Shown piece after piece: positions 1 through 13,141 of a DNA stretch of 53,602 nt. Each line of letters opens with the position of its first letter. The first letter of the stretch is position 1. Origin of the DNA: Girardia tigrina (lineage: Eukaryota); the NCBI GenBank assembly GCA_001938485.1, contig MQRK01229288.1:1-53602 (forward strand), given 5' to 3'. The notes beneath the pieces were generated by a model. That model was not told the origin of the DNA. It saw nothing but the letters and a program-made list of their open reading frames with translations, and made no database searches. Made by a program: the position numbers and the translations under genes.

Positions 1-836
1 ACACACTATTTCGGTCGTGACCTATTACACAACAATACAAAGATCACACCTCAAACATTCCATACATAAATTACACAACATACAATTATTAGTTTCGATA
101 ATAATTCTCCTCACAACTATATATGATAAATAGTATACATGAAAACAAACATATTTATCTTGATCAAATGTAGAAAAGTTATGAAACATTAGAATTTAAA
201 ACTGAATGTTATGTTACAAGATGCTTAATTTTTGTCTTTCATAATGTAGTGAGCCCGAAGAAAGAACAACGTATTAACAGTCACTCAAAGAATTTTGGAG
301 TTTTGTAATAAACAATCCTGCTTGCAGCTTCTACAGAAGTTGGAAGGATCGTCAGAAGAGCATTGTAAAGCAAATCAAGACTAGGAGTACGATTCTCTGT
401 TGCATAAAAAACATTGAACCATTCACAAGGAATTTCGAAAGTAAATTCGAAGGACCTTATCCAGTCAAATTAATAACAAATAACACGGCACTCTTAAACA
501 TCAATGGGAAAGATAAATACGTAAACTTAAGAATTAAACTAATCAAACAAAACAATAATAACCACATTCCAGATACGAATAAAAATGACAAAAGCAACAA
601 AAATGACAACAAAATACAAGAGAACTACAACATTATAAACGAAAACACTGATGACGACATCTTCAAAAATTTTAAAGTATTAATAAGAAACAACAAAAAC
701 AATACCATAGAGGGACCATTCAAAATCCACGAAAAAAACAAGAAAAGCTTTACAATTACAACTGCAAACTCAACAATCAAAGCAAACCGCAAAAGACTAA
801 TTTTAAATTTTGTGATATTTTTTTTTACCCTTGTGA
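1..836 (+). mobile_element. Ty3/Gypsy LTR retrotransposon remnant (integrase C-terminus with GPY/F motifs)
   Basis: Start-less open frame 278-836 reads FESKFEGPYPVKLI (GPY at 452) and NTIEGPFKIHEK (GPF at 713). FGRDLL near base 10 resembles the end of a retroviral-type protease. Confidence 0.55.
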
Positions 837-3109
837 CTCTATCTCCTTTGTGATTCAACAGTTCCTTTGTTCTTATCACAATCTCCTTCCGTTAATTGTT
901 ATATACAATTATAGTATTTAATAATTTATATTTTCTTTTTATTTGTTATAGTATTTACGAAGTTGCGAAAACAAGTTAATAAGGTTCTTCGACCTCATTA
1001 GCTCGCTTCCGTAATATAAATCATAAAAGAAATCAAGTCATTAGGAATGGTGCCGTAAAATGGTGTATTTGCCTCTCTCAAGTTCAATCTATTTATGAAA
1101 CACATTTTGTGTTTCTGCCATGTTCAAAAAAGTTCATATATGTTTTTGTTAAGCTGAAAAAGTTCTTCAGATGTACTTTCAACTTCAATTTTGTAGATAA
1201 TAGCTTGACAATTAGCTCGACATATATGAAATTAAATATAAGTTTTCATAGGACCACCTGTTCACAAAGTACTATGTAAAAACGTTTTATAACATGTTAC
1301 ATATATTAAAAATGTAACATGTTCAGACATGCAATTATTTAATAAGAAAGATGTTTTCAATGAATATCAATATGTATATGTTTATTGACCATTTTACTGG
1401 CCAATACTTTTTCGGATGTTATGCCATCGAAGGTTGTATGCTGCGGCTGTATTTGTGCTGAGCAATTTGAGAATGTTATACACGTAAACTGCTAATGTTT
1501 TGTTCATGTAGAACATAAACATTCATATGAGCGGTAATTGAATTTAAAAAATGACGGGAAGAAACACGTATGGATCTTTTGAGACTGTTTCGAAAATAAA
1601 GACAGACAAAGTAGTTCTTTTACTAAACCCATAAAAGTAAAATATTAAACAAGTTTAGAGTCTCAATATTTCACATGTCAAAAGCTTTAAAAATAACAGA
1701 ACATTAAAAAATATCAATATTATTTTAGTTTGGAATTTATAAGTAAACATATAAAGGACTATTGGAGTCTTTTAGACAAAGAATGTTTTGACATTCTAAA
1801 GCAAGGACAATGGCCATGAAACGGCAATGACTGAAACATACTCAAAAAGCCTCGCAATATATTATGAATGACATTTACAAATAATACTTCAAACAATAAG
1901 TAACAATAAATGCTTTCATTTAATTAATTTTTATTTAATCAAACTTATTAGTATTAGCTACAAAATTTATAATTTTAATATTTCGTGTTAAAGTTCGATA
2001 AAATAATTGACACATCTGAAAGTATTTCCCTATTTTCTATTATTAACAGGCATCTTGAACAAAGGTTGTCGATATTGGACACCAAAATCCTTAACCTACT
2101 TTTACACTAAATATTTATTAAATTCAAACAAATTTATGATCATTTAAGAAAAATTTTATTATAAATTACTTAAATAGTATAAGGGTTTTTTTCAGAATTC
2201 CAATTAAAAATTATATATATTGTTACATTTATTTGTAAATTCCTCTCTCCTTGCCGAAATACTATTCAAATCAACATGCTATCATGTTATATTGAATAAA
2301 AATTCACTGATACTTTATCGTTGAATTTTATTGCTTGCTGCATAATATAAGACAATAATAAAAATTAATTAAAGAAAATTAAATTATAATAAAAATAAAA
2401 AAGTTTATATTAAAAGATTTGATTTTTGTTCAACGAAACAAAGAAAAATTTATTAATGATCGATTCAAATCAATTAGCTGATTTGTGTGTGTGCCGCTTA
2501 TCTTGTCAAGTTGCTAGTGAATGAAACGCCTCTCTTTAATTGGTCAACCAAATAGAATGAGCCTTGATTTAGTCATGATTTCACTTTTTATGATTTGATC
2601 AATTGTGAAGTTTTATCAAATATTTGACCGAAAGAAAAAACGAAACTGATCTTGCGAAATTTTTTTGAAAGCTTTTGAATGATTATAATTTTGAACGTTT
2701 AAATGTATGTGAAATTTAGTCACTGTTATATGAATTCTAAATTACTACTTATTTATCTAATTAATTTGAATTTTGTATTATGAATTTTGTTGAATCCGAT
2801 AAAAAAATTATTGAACGAATTATTTCGATTAAGGATTAAAGATAAAAAATTATTATCATTTGATGGGCAAGCATTTACTCTCTACAATAACATGGTCCCA
2901 GCACGAATACAAAATGCTCCAGCTTTAATTACGCGACTACCACTCTACTTCTACCACCATCCGGTATCAGAATGTTTAAAACGATAGATATCAAATAACA
3001 GTTACATTATCATAATTCTTTTAAAGTTATGAGTTTTAGTGGCGCATGTATTATAAATTTTAGATCAATAGATAAAATTAGAATTTTGAGTCTTAATAAA
3101 ATGTTTCTA

Positions 3110-4788
3110 CAGTGCTGGAAAAAAGTTTTTGACAGTGCACTTTTTTGCGATTTTTAGTGAAAATATATTACTAAAACAGTTTTTCAACCCAATATTTTTA
3201 ATACAACCTTATAAACGTATATTTTATCTATTTTAAGTAAAGAATTAATACCAGAATTTTTTAATTTCAATCAAAAGAGAGAAATCATTGAATGATACAC
3301 TTTTATTTAAAAACGATAAAATATCAAGCTAAAAGTTAATCAGGATAATATGGCATAAAATGAATAAAATAGTAACAGGAATTGATAAAATGCGTTAAAG
3401 AATCATAGTTTAAGCCAATCGAGTTCAATATTTGGTTGGGTACCCTCTGCTTCGGTTAATAGCTGCGATACGTCGTGGCATGCTCTCAGCAAGTTTCTGG
3501 TACTACTCTGCAGTGGTCTCTAGGCACCATACCCGTTTGATTTCCTCTTTTAATTGACTTATAGATGTTATTTCGATCTCACTGAGTTTCCTCTTCATGT
3601 TGGCCCACAGATGTTCAAATGGATTCAGGTCTGGGCTGTTGGATCGCCAGTTAAGCAACTCAATTTTGTTGACCTGAAACCATTTCAGCGCCTTTTTTGA
3701 ACAATGGCAAGGGGCATTGTCTTGCTGGAAAATTGTACAATCATGGACGCACATAAAATGAGCCAACTCTCTTCTAAAATCTTGATATAACCATCAGTAT
3801 TGAGTCTTTGGTTTAAATTGAGAAGTGTAAGCCTCCCTCGGTCATGGTGGGAAAAACAGCCCCAAGTCATGGCAGAAGCTGGTTGCTTGCTAGTCTTCTT
3901 TGTGTACCTTGGGTTCACCGGTGATGAGCCAACTGATCTTCGAATTGTCTGATTGGGGCAATTGTTGATTTGGAATGAGCTTTCATCACTGAACATGACC
4001 TTTTTCCACTTTTCAATCGTATAATTCTTGTATTTTTCACAAAATTGTAATCACTTCTTTCTCATTGCACTTGTAATGATTGGTTTTTTCACAGCTTTAA
4101 TGGATGAAATTTTAAATTCCTTGCACAGGCGATTTCTTATTGTACGTGTAGTAACATTGCTGCACTGCACTGCCAGATTGCGCCTGATTTGGGCAGAAGT
4201 AATAAAGGGATTCTTCACTGCTGGCCTTCTCATTAGTGCATCAACTCGGGGCGTGGTTGCTTTAGGCCTGTCTGATTTAGTTTTAATTGAAGTATTGCCT
4301 TCGGATTTATATCTTTTGATTATATTGACAACAGATTGATGGGAAATTCCCTACTGAGCTGCAATTTCTCTTGTTGACAGACTTGTATTGCATTGTAATG
4401 GTATAATAGCACCTCGAATCTCTTGGTCAACTTGTTTTCCAGGCATAGCAAAAAAAAATCACGATTTGATTGGTTGATGAGGGAAGAAAGAAGGATAATG
4501 CATTATATCAAATACAAGGGATGCAGCTTATTTTGCATGCATTGTACATATAAGAGTATATTCACATATACATGGCCATGCATACATTTTATTATGTAAG
4601 CATTATGTATGCTCACATAATATCCTTAAATAGTCTCATTCTATTAATTCTTTACTTAAAATAGATAAAATATACGTTTATAAAGTTTTATTAAAAAATT
4701 TGGTTGAAATAATACATTTTCATTTGGTAATACATTTTCACTAAAAATCGCAAAAAGGTGCACTGTCAAAAGACTTTTTCCAGCACTG
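3110..4788 (-). mobile_element. Full-length Tc1-family DNA transposon
   Basis: TA|CAGTGCTGGAAAAA...TTTTTCCAGCACTG|TA with TA target duplication. TIRs of ~145 bp (3110-~3250 and ~4640-4788). Internal DD34E transposase. Confidence 0.95.
3425..4446 (-). pseudogene. Tc1 DD34E transposase, disrupted
   Basis: MPGKQVDQEIRGAII start, VMFSDES, FQQDNAPCH and SPDLNPFEHLW with 34 residues between D and E. Ends GYPTKY*. Several stops/frameshifts split it into ORFs 4051-4233, 3685-3996 and 3503-3766. Confidence 0.93.
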
Positions 4789-5126
4789 TATCCCATAATG
4801 AAAATACTGTTGAGATAAAACTGTGGCTTCAGAAAAGTTTTGGAGATTCTAAGGTAAGAGATTTCGTTCAAATTAAGAGATTATTACCGAAACTGAGACA
4901 TTTTTTGAGAAGAAAGACGATGCGTTCTACATAAAAGGAATTGAAAAGTCTAAGGACGATTTGAATGTATACATCATTCTTCAATGTTGATGAATAAAGT
5001 TTCATTTCTACATATATTTCTGTTTTTCTTACCGAGACGGGAGATTATTGAGTAATGTGTTGCTTCAATTCATCATATTTTCATATTACTAAAACAAAAA
5101 CCTGGTTCTACAGAACTACTTATTTA

Positions 5127-6692
5127 CTAGAAAGTTTATAGGCGGCAAGCCGCCGTGGAAAAAAAAACTTAAAAATTTAGTAATTTTTAAAAAGTTTTTT
5201 ATACTGCACCTGAAAGTTAGCTATAAAAACTCACTCAATTACTTTAAAACTTTTATTTAATAAGTAATAATTTATAATTTTAATATGTTATCAAAACTTT
5301 TTTACCCAAATATTATTACAATTGTTAAATTCAGATGAATTGAAGTCTTTCGTAAGATGAAAATCAATCAACTGAAAGGAATACACATTAAAAAATGTTT
5401 TTACTTCATTTTATTACTCTTACCAAATAAAGTCAGTGCTTTATATCCAAATAACCTTGATATCTAATCTTAGTCTACTTACTATTGAAAGTAAGAGATC
5501 TTTGAGCGTGACGTACAAACAACTTTTTATTCTATTATATAATATATTTTAAAATTAATTAAAAGACATGATATCTTAGTTTTTTATTTCCAAATTTTCT
5601 TTAAAACGTAGTTAATAATAGAAAACAATATAATTTATTATAAGAGCTAAACTTTCTAAAGAAATAAAAAAATAATAAAAATGTTTTTATTATTTAATAT
5701 CTTTAGTTATACGTAAGTAAATTTGCTTCTTAAAAGTTTCTCTTAACTGTTTTATTTTCTATTCAGTTTATTTATATATTATATGTAGAATGATTATATT
5801 ATATTCGAAAAGTCGAAATTAATCAGCTTAATTGTAAATGTTTTGATTTATATAATTTACTTTCATGTTCACTGTTTGTATAATTTACCAGTAAACAAAG
5901 TCCCTATTGTTTTCCTCTCCCGATAAATATTTATTTAAAAAAAACAACATTTTTAGTGCATTTGAGATTTACATTGTTGTTTTATACAAATAAAAAAATA
6001 TTTCTATTTATCAAGTCGTTATTTTATATTATTTTGTTAAAAATTGTTTCTTCTGTTTTTTATTCGAAAATGTGAGTAACATTTTAATTTAAAAGTGAAC
6101 ATTATTGTTCAAGTTTTATTTTAGAACTTTAAATACTATACGTAAGAAAACTAGGAGATAATAATCAATGATCTCCGAACTTCCTCATTCAAATATCAAT
6201 AAAATATTAAAAGAATAAAGATAATAGTGTTTTAAATAAGCAATAATTATGACACAAATAATGTATTATTTAGTATAAACAATCACAAGAGAATAATAAA
6301 AATAAAGCGCCGAAAACAAACAACTGCAAAAATACATGAAATTTGAATTGTTTGTAGAATCATTTGAAACTGTTTTTGAGGGCAAAAGAAACATTAATTT
6401 ATTTTGAAAAAAAGTTGACGTCAACCTGCTCTTATATACGACTAAGGTTTAAACATATTTCAATTGCATTTGTCATACCTTCTTTAATTGATGCGCGAAC
6501 AGACAAATAGTTAATTGAATAGAGAGCGTGAAGCAATCTCCGGCGGCATATTAATTTTATTTAAAAAAGTTGATGCTGACCTGCCTCTATTTATGAAAGA
6601 GTGTGAAATGTTTATTTGTATTTGGTGACACAGTCTTCAATTGAATCGGGAAAAGACAAAGAGACCAACAGATCAAAATTATCTTTATATAA
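5127..6692 (-). mobile_element. Putative non-autonomous Helitron (3' end well supported, 5' end tentative)
   Basis: Minus strand reads GGCGGCttGCCGCC hairpin (5141-5154), 10 nt, CTAG, T. Near 6692 the minus strand reads TTATATAAAGATAATTTTGATCTGTTGGTCTCTTTGTC, resembling Helitron 5' regions. A ~157 bp diverged tandem duplication lies at 6393-6692. Confidence 0.45.
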
Positions 6693-6853
6693 CATTATCT
6701 TTAAAAAGCATTATTAAATAATAAATTATTGACTTTTTTAGACAAACGTTCTATTTTTTCTTCGAAAGATTTTTAAAACTTTTACAATTGATATTTGTTG
6801 AGGATGATGTAGAAAATATGTTTTGTAATCAATATTTGATTAATACTTTAGTA

Positions 6854-6856
<3 letters not shown>

Positions 6857-6889
<33 letters not shown>

Positions 6890-6983
6890 GTTTCAGAATG
6901 AAATAAATTTATTGAACCAAATTAAAAAAAGTAAGAATTATTTATTCAAAAAGGTTTAGATAAAAGAAATAAATAATTGTATA

Positions 6984-7033
<50 letters not shown>
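6857..7033. repeat. Two (TA)n microsatellites
   Basis: TA runs at ~6857-6887 and ~6988-7033. Confidence 0.95.
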
Positions 7034-7036
<3 letters not shown>

Positions 7037-8156
7037 AGTAATAATTTTAAAAATTGTTGACTGGAATTCGTTTGTTTAAACAAGTTATTGTTACATGATT
7101 TTGACATCGAATAAAATTATTGCTCGCAATATCGATTTCTTTTCATTAAAGAAAAATATTCATTAACTGAAATTGAATGTCTAATTTAAAAGAACAGATA
7201 ACTTTGCAGATCTCTTTTGTCCTAGAATCGCTGAGAACTATTTAAACATTTTAATGATGTCTAGTTTGCTTCTACGGGGTTCAAATATTCTCCTTTATAT
7301 TTTTTTACTATGATAAAACATAAAATTTAATATTGTGATATTTTAAAATTACTAATAAAGCCTAAATACTGAACGTTGCTGCCCTGGGGATTATCATCAA
7401 AAAATTCATACCGATTATTTTTATTGGGTCAATAAGCAACTTAAAAAATAGTGGAGCTCCGATTTGCGTGCGGCTTATGGGAACCTTCCCTTGTAAGAAG
7501 ACTCGTACCATAGTATGTGGTGAATCAGAAAACCAATAAAGGCATAATGTTACGGATTTTTCTTAAAGACATTTTATTAAATTATTTAATAATTTTTAAA
7601 ATTTTCTATTTAACGTTTTAAATTTTTTATTTTTTAAAAACTACCGAATTTTATTTCAATTCAAATTTATTTTATTGTTTGTTATTTATAAAGTAGGGTT
7701 GATTGACATTAGTTTCTAATGTAATTCTAATGTAAATGTTACATCAATCTCCCACCAGACAGAACAAACCCCAGATAATAATTCAAATATTATGCAAAAA
7801 TAAAGTATTTCTATTTATCTAAACTCCCAAATTCAAACTCTCTTTGGTTAAAAAAATATTTTCCATTGTTTTTTTCATATACAAATAACTAAAACCAATG
7901 GTATTCGGATGTTTCATTACCGGATGGATTCATAATATTTATTATTATTCATTTAAACTTGATTGATGTTTTATTTAATGTTTTTATTAACAATAATCGG
8001 ATTTTGATTCTTGGACAGCCAAATTTAAATTATTTAAAATCTTTATTTGAAACGTCAAAAATCATGTTGCTAATGGAACCTTCAAAAAATCTTCTGATTT
8101 GTATTTTATTTATTTCCAATTAATAAATGTCGCACTCCTTTTTGCATTCCAATTAA

Positions 8157-8679
8157 CCCTTCGTAACATGATGTGACACTTCTGTAACAAACCGTTGTAA
8201 CTCTTACATGATCTCTAACTATTAACATATCACATTTTAAATCACTGTTGCATATCTGTTACACACCGATCTATACAACATCGGTGATTTATTAGTACCT
8301 ACAGGTGGCGCTGGTGGTAGGATGATGAATTTGGTAGTTCTCTCTATTACATTGTGTGGAGTGTGCGCATGAAAATTTCTTTAAAAAATAAAAATATTTG
8401 TACTATTGATATTGTTGATATTTTTGAAAAAACACAAAGGTAAATTGATTATTTTGGATTTTACTTACTTAGTTCTATAAAATAAATTGAAATATTGTTG
8501 TACCATTTTATTTTTGCAGCGTTGTAACACAATGCGACAGAACTGTAACACTCCTTTTTTTATAATTTTTTATATGTTTATGTTCAAAATAAATAAAAAC
8601 AAAAAATACATGTTTCATTATTTACAAAAAGCTACTGTTTCACAAAATATTTATGTTTTAGATATTGAGTTACGAAGGG
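8157..8679. mobile_element. piggyBac-type non-autonomous element (MITE)
   Basis: TTAA|CCCTTCGTAAC ... GTTACGAAGGG|TTAA: 11-bp perfect TIR, TTAA duplication, subterminal TGTAACA motifs. Confidence 0.9.
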
Positions 8680-8709
8680 TTAAATAAGTAATGTCTGAAC
8701 TTAAGGATT

Positions 8710-8945
8710 TTCTCCGACGGCATTCTTACACAAACAATCATTGTTAATGAGATCATAGCAACATTCAATGATTGCTCCTATTCAATCATCAATCAATGTG
8801 CTGTTTTTTTCAGGGGATAATAAGAGCAGTGGCTATGTTGATTGCAAGTTTACATAATGCAAGCGGAGGTCAAAGAAAGGCAAAGAAAAAATATGTACAA
8901 CTTAAATAGAAAATCAGACGTGTCATTGAAAGTTACTGTAGTTAA
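8710..8945 (+). pseudogene. MULE/Mutator transposase C-terminal fragment
   Basis: YTNNHC... and KKKYVQLK*KIRRVIESY follow the TNN..E.W..HP..KKY pattern also seen at 43752-44010. Heavily degraded. Confidence 0.4.
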
Positions 8946-9899
8946 GTTGTTTGTATTTTTTGAACGAAATCGTTCATTTGTACTTCTAATAAATTTAATA
9001 TTTGTAATGTTTGTTTCAGTTCTTATATTTAAATATATATATTATTTGTACATTTTCAAATTTGTTTGACGTGTAATATTATTTTAATGCGTATATTATT
9101 GTTATATATATATGTAATTCAGAATAATACATCTTCAATTTATTTACCTTTGCTAAATCTACCAGGGTATTCGAATTGTCTCGAAGTTTTCTTTGATCTA
9201 TTTTTATCTTTCGTAATCTAAAAATAAAGTATTTTAATATTTTTTAAATATTTATAAATTTTATTATTTTCAATGCCGTTCTAAACTTAGTTATTAATAT
9301 CTTTTAATAACAGTTTTAAGTTTACGTGAGATTAATGTTTGCTTTTTGATTATATTGGACAGTAGATACATTTTTGGAAATTAATTAATAACATCAAGTA
9401 ACCCGCATGGAATTTTAATGGGCCAAAATATTTTTAAATAGCGAGTATGGAATATAATTCATATCGAAATGATACAGAGACATGAGAAAATAGAGCGGTT
9501 TTTCTATGTATTGAAGTTTCTATAGTGCATAATGCTTAGTGTTTATTGAAACTTTGATGAGGCACTGAGATTTTGATAAAGGACAAATAGAGATTTTCTT
9601 TCGTAATCTTAGACCTTCTTCACTTCAATAGAAAGCATCTACATGATCGTCTTCTGGATATCGGTGTTCATTTAACATAACGAAGTAAAAGTACTTTATA
9701 TATATTTCAAAAAGCTAAACTTAATGTTAAAATATTAACTTTTGATTAAATGTTGATACAATGTTGATACAAACCCTGAATCCTACAAAAATTAATTATT
9801 TTTTTTCACATTTTAAAAGATATTTTTCCTATTTTTATTGTTCTTTTTGTGGAAGATTTGTATTTATACTAAAGGTTCTTTATAATAGCGTCTGAGAGA

Positions 9900-10450
9900 C
9901 AAATTTTATTACGGAAAGAAAATCTTAGACAATGCGACATCTAGAAGCAGTTATGTTAAAATATTGTAGTGACCCTCCTTTTCTAAGCCACATTGTCATA
10001 ATCATTGGCTAATGGAAAATAACGCATGTAAAATTTATTCCCTCATTTAAGCCTATGTCACGTTAAAATGCAAAATTTTGCATTCAGACACAAACTTCTC
10101 AAATATATCATTCTTCTGAAAAATAACTACGGAGCTTCTTCTTTCATAAACTCTTTTCTGTATCCGTAAAATTAGTAAACTACATAATATTTACGTCGTG
10201 CTGGATGAGACTACTGACTCCTTTAATTACCACAAGTTTGACCACTTACATACAGCGATGTGATTATTACAGTTATAGAGAGACAGTTAATTCAATATTC
10301 ATTTATATGTTTTAGTTCATTCCATTCTGTTTCCCACTGCACAATTAAAGTGAATAGTAAGGATATATTGAGTCTTTAATTCACAACTTTTTATGTTCTA
10401 AGTAATTATCTTTAGAGAAGATTCTAAACTGTAAGCCTTCAACAGGGTGC
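9900..10450 (+). pseudogene. hAT (Charlie/SPIN-like) transposase remnant
   Basis: VVLDETTDS near 10200 matches the hAT first-aspartate LDESTD motif. A KPH-like motif lies upstream. Confidence 0.4.
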
Positions 10451-11310
10451 ATTTTAATATCCATTAATTAGTAGTTTTTATATTAGTTATTATTAATATT
10501 CGAATAAAAAATGTGTGATCTAATTTCTTAACACTAGAAAAACAACCATATGACTATGTACTGAAAAGATAATCATTCGCTTTAAAGGAGCATGCTTATT
10601 GGACCTTTGTATTTTTGGTTTGTAAATTATTTTTGTTTATCCCATGCAGGGTTCACTAACGACTGAGTTGACTGAAAAGGACAACAAAATTCACGCACCA
10701 ATTAAAAGGAGACAACTAAATTTTACGAGACGGGCGCCTCTGAGACGTACGTTATCTATCTAGACCCTATTAGGACCATTGCAAAAATACTTTTAGAAAG
10801 TCATTAAAAATATCACAATCACTTTTTATGTATGCGATTTGAAGTTAAAATCTTTAAGAAAGAGAAAATGTTTAGAAGAGTGTAAAAGGTATAAAAAAAT
10901 AAAATGCCTACTACTATATTTTCAATGGTTTAAAATCACAAATCGTTAAAATCACAAATAAAACTGTCTTACAATTTCGTGAAGAAACAAAAACTTTTAA
11001 TTAAAAGAAAATGTTGTAAACGATATAGTGGAAAGAAAACCAAATTTATACTTTTAGTCTCTTAGGAAAACGTTTCTTTTTGAACTTTTCCAAACTTTGT
11101 ACACTTACTCATTTTCGATGACAATAAATGGTAATATGAAAATATGATCAAAGAAAAGTTTTAAGGTCTCAAAATTAAAACATAACCATCCCATTGAAGT
11201 TCCTGAACAATATTAGCATAAAAAGACCGACTTATAAATTTTAAGTAGTTTTTAGTATACAGAAATATAATTTTTAAATAAATAAAGACCAGTAAACCGA
11301 TTTAAAGTCT

Positions 11311-11495
11311 AACTAGTAATTCGAAAAATATTTTTTTATATCCGTGCTTTATGTGGGCGGAACTCTGCTCGGCCAACAAAATTTTTGATGGTTTATTGTG
11401 TCTCTTTTAAAAATATATTTTTAATTAAAATTTCATTGGCAAAGTAGAGTTCTGTCTGCATAAAGAATGGACATAATTTTTTTGATTTACTAGTT
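11311..11495. mobile_element. Foldback MITE-like inverted repeat
   Basis: AACTAGTAA..TCCGTGCTTTATGTGGGCGGAACTCTGCTCGGCCAA mirrored by TTGGCAAAGTAGAGTTCTGTCTGCATAAAGAATGGA..TTACTAGTT. Imperfect arms of ~65 bp. Confidence 0.7.
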
Positions 11496-11987
11496 TTAAG
11501 AATAATAAGATAATGTAATTTTACGATTAATAAACGAATGTTTCATTTGTTTATAATTAATTTTCAAGCTAAGTAAAATAAAAACATATTTTTTCCATTA
11601 TAAAAAAATATTATCGAATTTTAGTTAAATTTGTTTAAGCCTTGATGGTTCAGTTCCAGTTAAAGTAATGGCAATAATTTATTAAAGCTGGTAAGTCATA
11701 AATAAAACTTAGTTTTATTTGTATTTTTCTTTGATTAATGAGATTAATCAACATGGAATTAATACATCAAAATTCAGAACAAAGTAATTTAATCATAATT
11801 GGAAATAAATCTGAATATAATTAAGAAAAATTAGTTTCAAAAAGCTATTAAAATGTATTACTATTACTTGATTGTTTAGGTTATGAGAAATGAGTTATTG
11901 TTTTACCGCCTTTTTGGATTGTGAACACATTTCGTTCTGATACAAATCCAATTAATGCAAACATCTAAAAAACCTTTTTTTGATTTA

Positions 11988-13141
11988 TTAGGTTCTCAAG
12001 TATGAAATATGTAAGCATGATTACAATAAATCCAAATAGTTATCATTTGACAATGTCTGAACATTTTGTTACTCAGTTTTTTTGTTTGATTGCTACGTAT
12101 TTTGCCCATAGAACACATCAATAAAAATTAATGAAAATTATTGATAATTTGTTTTCATGAGTATTTGAAAAATTGAAAAAAAGGAATAAATTTGAACTAT
12201 TATGAAGTACGAGTTCCTACAGAGAACATCAGTACAAGAAACTATGCAAAATATTAATAGTGTATTCTAGGAACAATGTTACTGCTGAGTAGACAGTCTC
12301 AAATGCGTTCAGATAATTTGTGAAAGGTAATATAACCTCAATAATGAGTCTCAGGGTCTTCCAGGAACGCATGTAAACCATAACGAACTGACAGTAATCA
12401 TCACAAAGGGCTCATGATTTATTGCTAACGTACAATAAACAATATTGAATCATTTGGCTCACATTGGTAAAGTAAAAACGTTGGATAAAAGGATTCCAAA
12501 TGAGTTGACTGAAAATCTGAAACAAAAGCTTTTGGATGCTTGCTTGATCATGCTTTCTTGTTTTAAATGGAATCACTATTTAATTCGAAGTCACTGGTGA
12601 TTAAAAGTACATCTAATACGTACAGCAAGATAGATTGACACAAATAAAGCACTAAAAGAAGTTCAAAGCACAACATTCATGCTGAGTGTTTGGTGGTCTA
12701 CCAAATGGGTAATCCATTTTAACTTCCTTAAATCTGGTTCGTCTATCACAACAGATTTGGAAAACAGATCGACTCTATCTTGCTCCTAGACAATGGTAAA
12801 CCACATGCTTCACTTAAGGCCGGTACAAAATTACAGGAATTTGAGTTGGAACTTCTGCATTCTCCATACTCTCCATACTCCCCAGATTTAGCTCATAATG
12901 ACTATCATTTCGTACTCAATTTAACAACTTTTTGATAGGGAAAAAATGCAATTACATGACTTTCCTTGAAGATATAGATTCTCGCTCACCAAATTTTTAT
13001 GCAAATGTCCTCAACAAGCTGCCGCTCAAATGGCACAAGTATATCGATAATATGTGTGCATACTTTAAATGACATAAATATTTGCTAAATTGTGAATAAA
13101 ATTTAACTTTATTTCTACAAATGTCATACTTTACGACGTAA
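11988..13141 (+). mobile_element. mariner (DD34D, Hsmar1/cecropia-like) element, degenerate
   Basis: TA|TTAGGTTCTCAAGTATGAAAT ... ATGTCATACTTTACGACGTAA|TA termini. Motifs IPNELTEN, VTGD*K, MLSVWWS, LLDNGKPH, PYSPDLA. Confidence 0.9.

Larger units (their letters stand above)
2990..5061 (+). mobile_element. Internally deleted mariner element interrupted by a Tc1 insertion
   Basis: DKI..F.VLIKCF before 3109 continues as NTVEIKLWLQKSFGDS after 4790. C-terminal KRFRSN*EIITETETFFEKKDDAFYIKGIEK follows, then a mariner-like end (ttattgagtaatgtgtt) near 5060. Left boundary uncertain. Confidence 0.6.

Noticed and set aside
245-350. TGTAG...CTACA as an LTR followed by a primer-binding site
   Set aside because: Only ~90 bp, no second copy in the window, and the PBS is not convincing.
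4028-4339. 103-aa plus-strand ORF (and similar ORFs at 625, 15171, 36784, 41921, 46184)
   Set aside because: Antisense shadows of transposon coding sequence.
9471-9480. GATACAGAGA, resembling the U6 ACAGAGA box
   Set aside because: No U6 5' stem-loop and no AGATTAGCATGG downstream.
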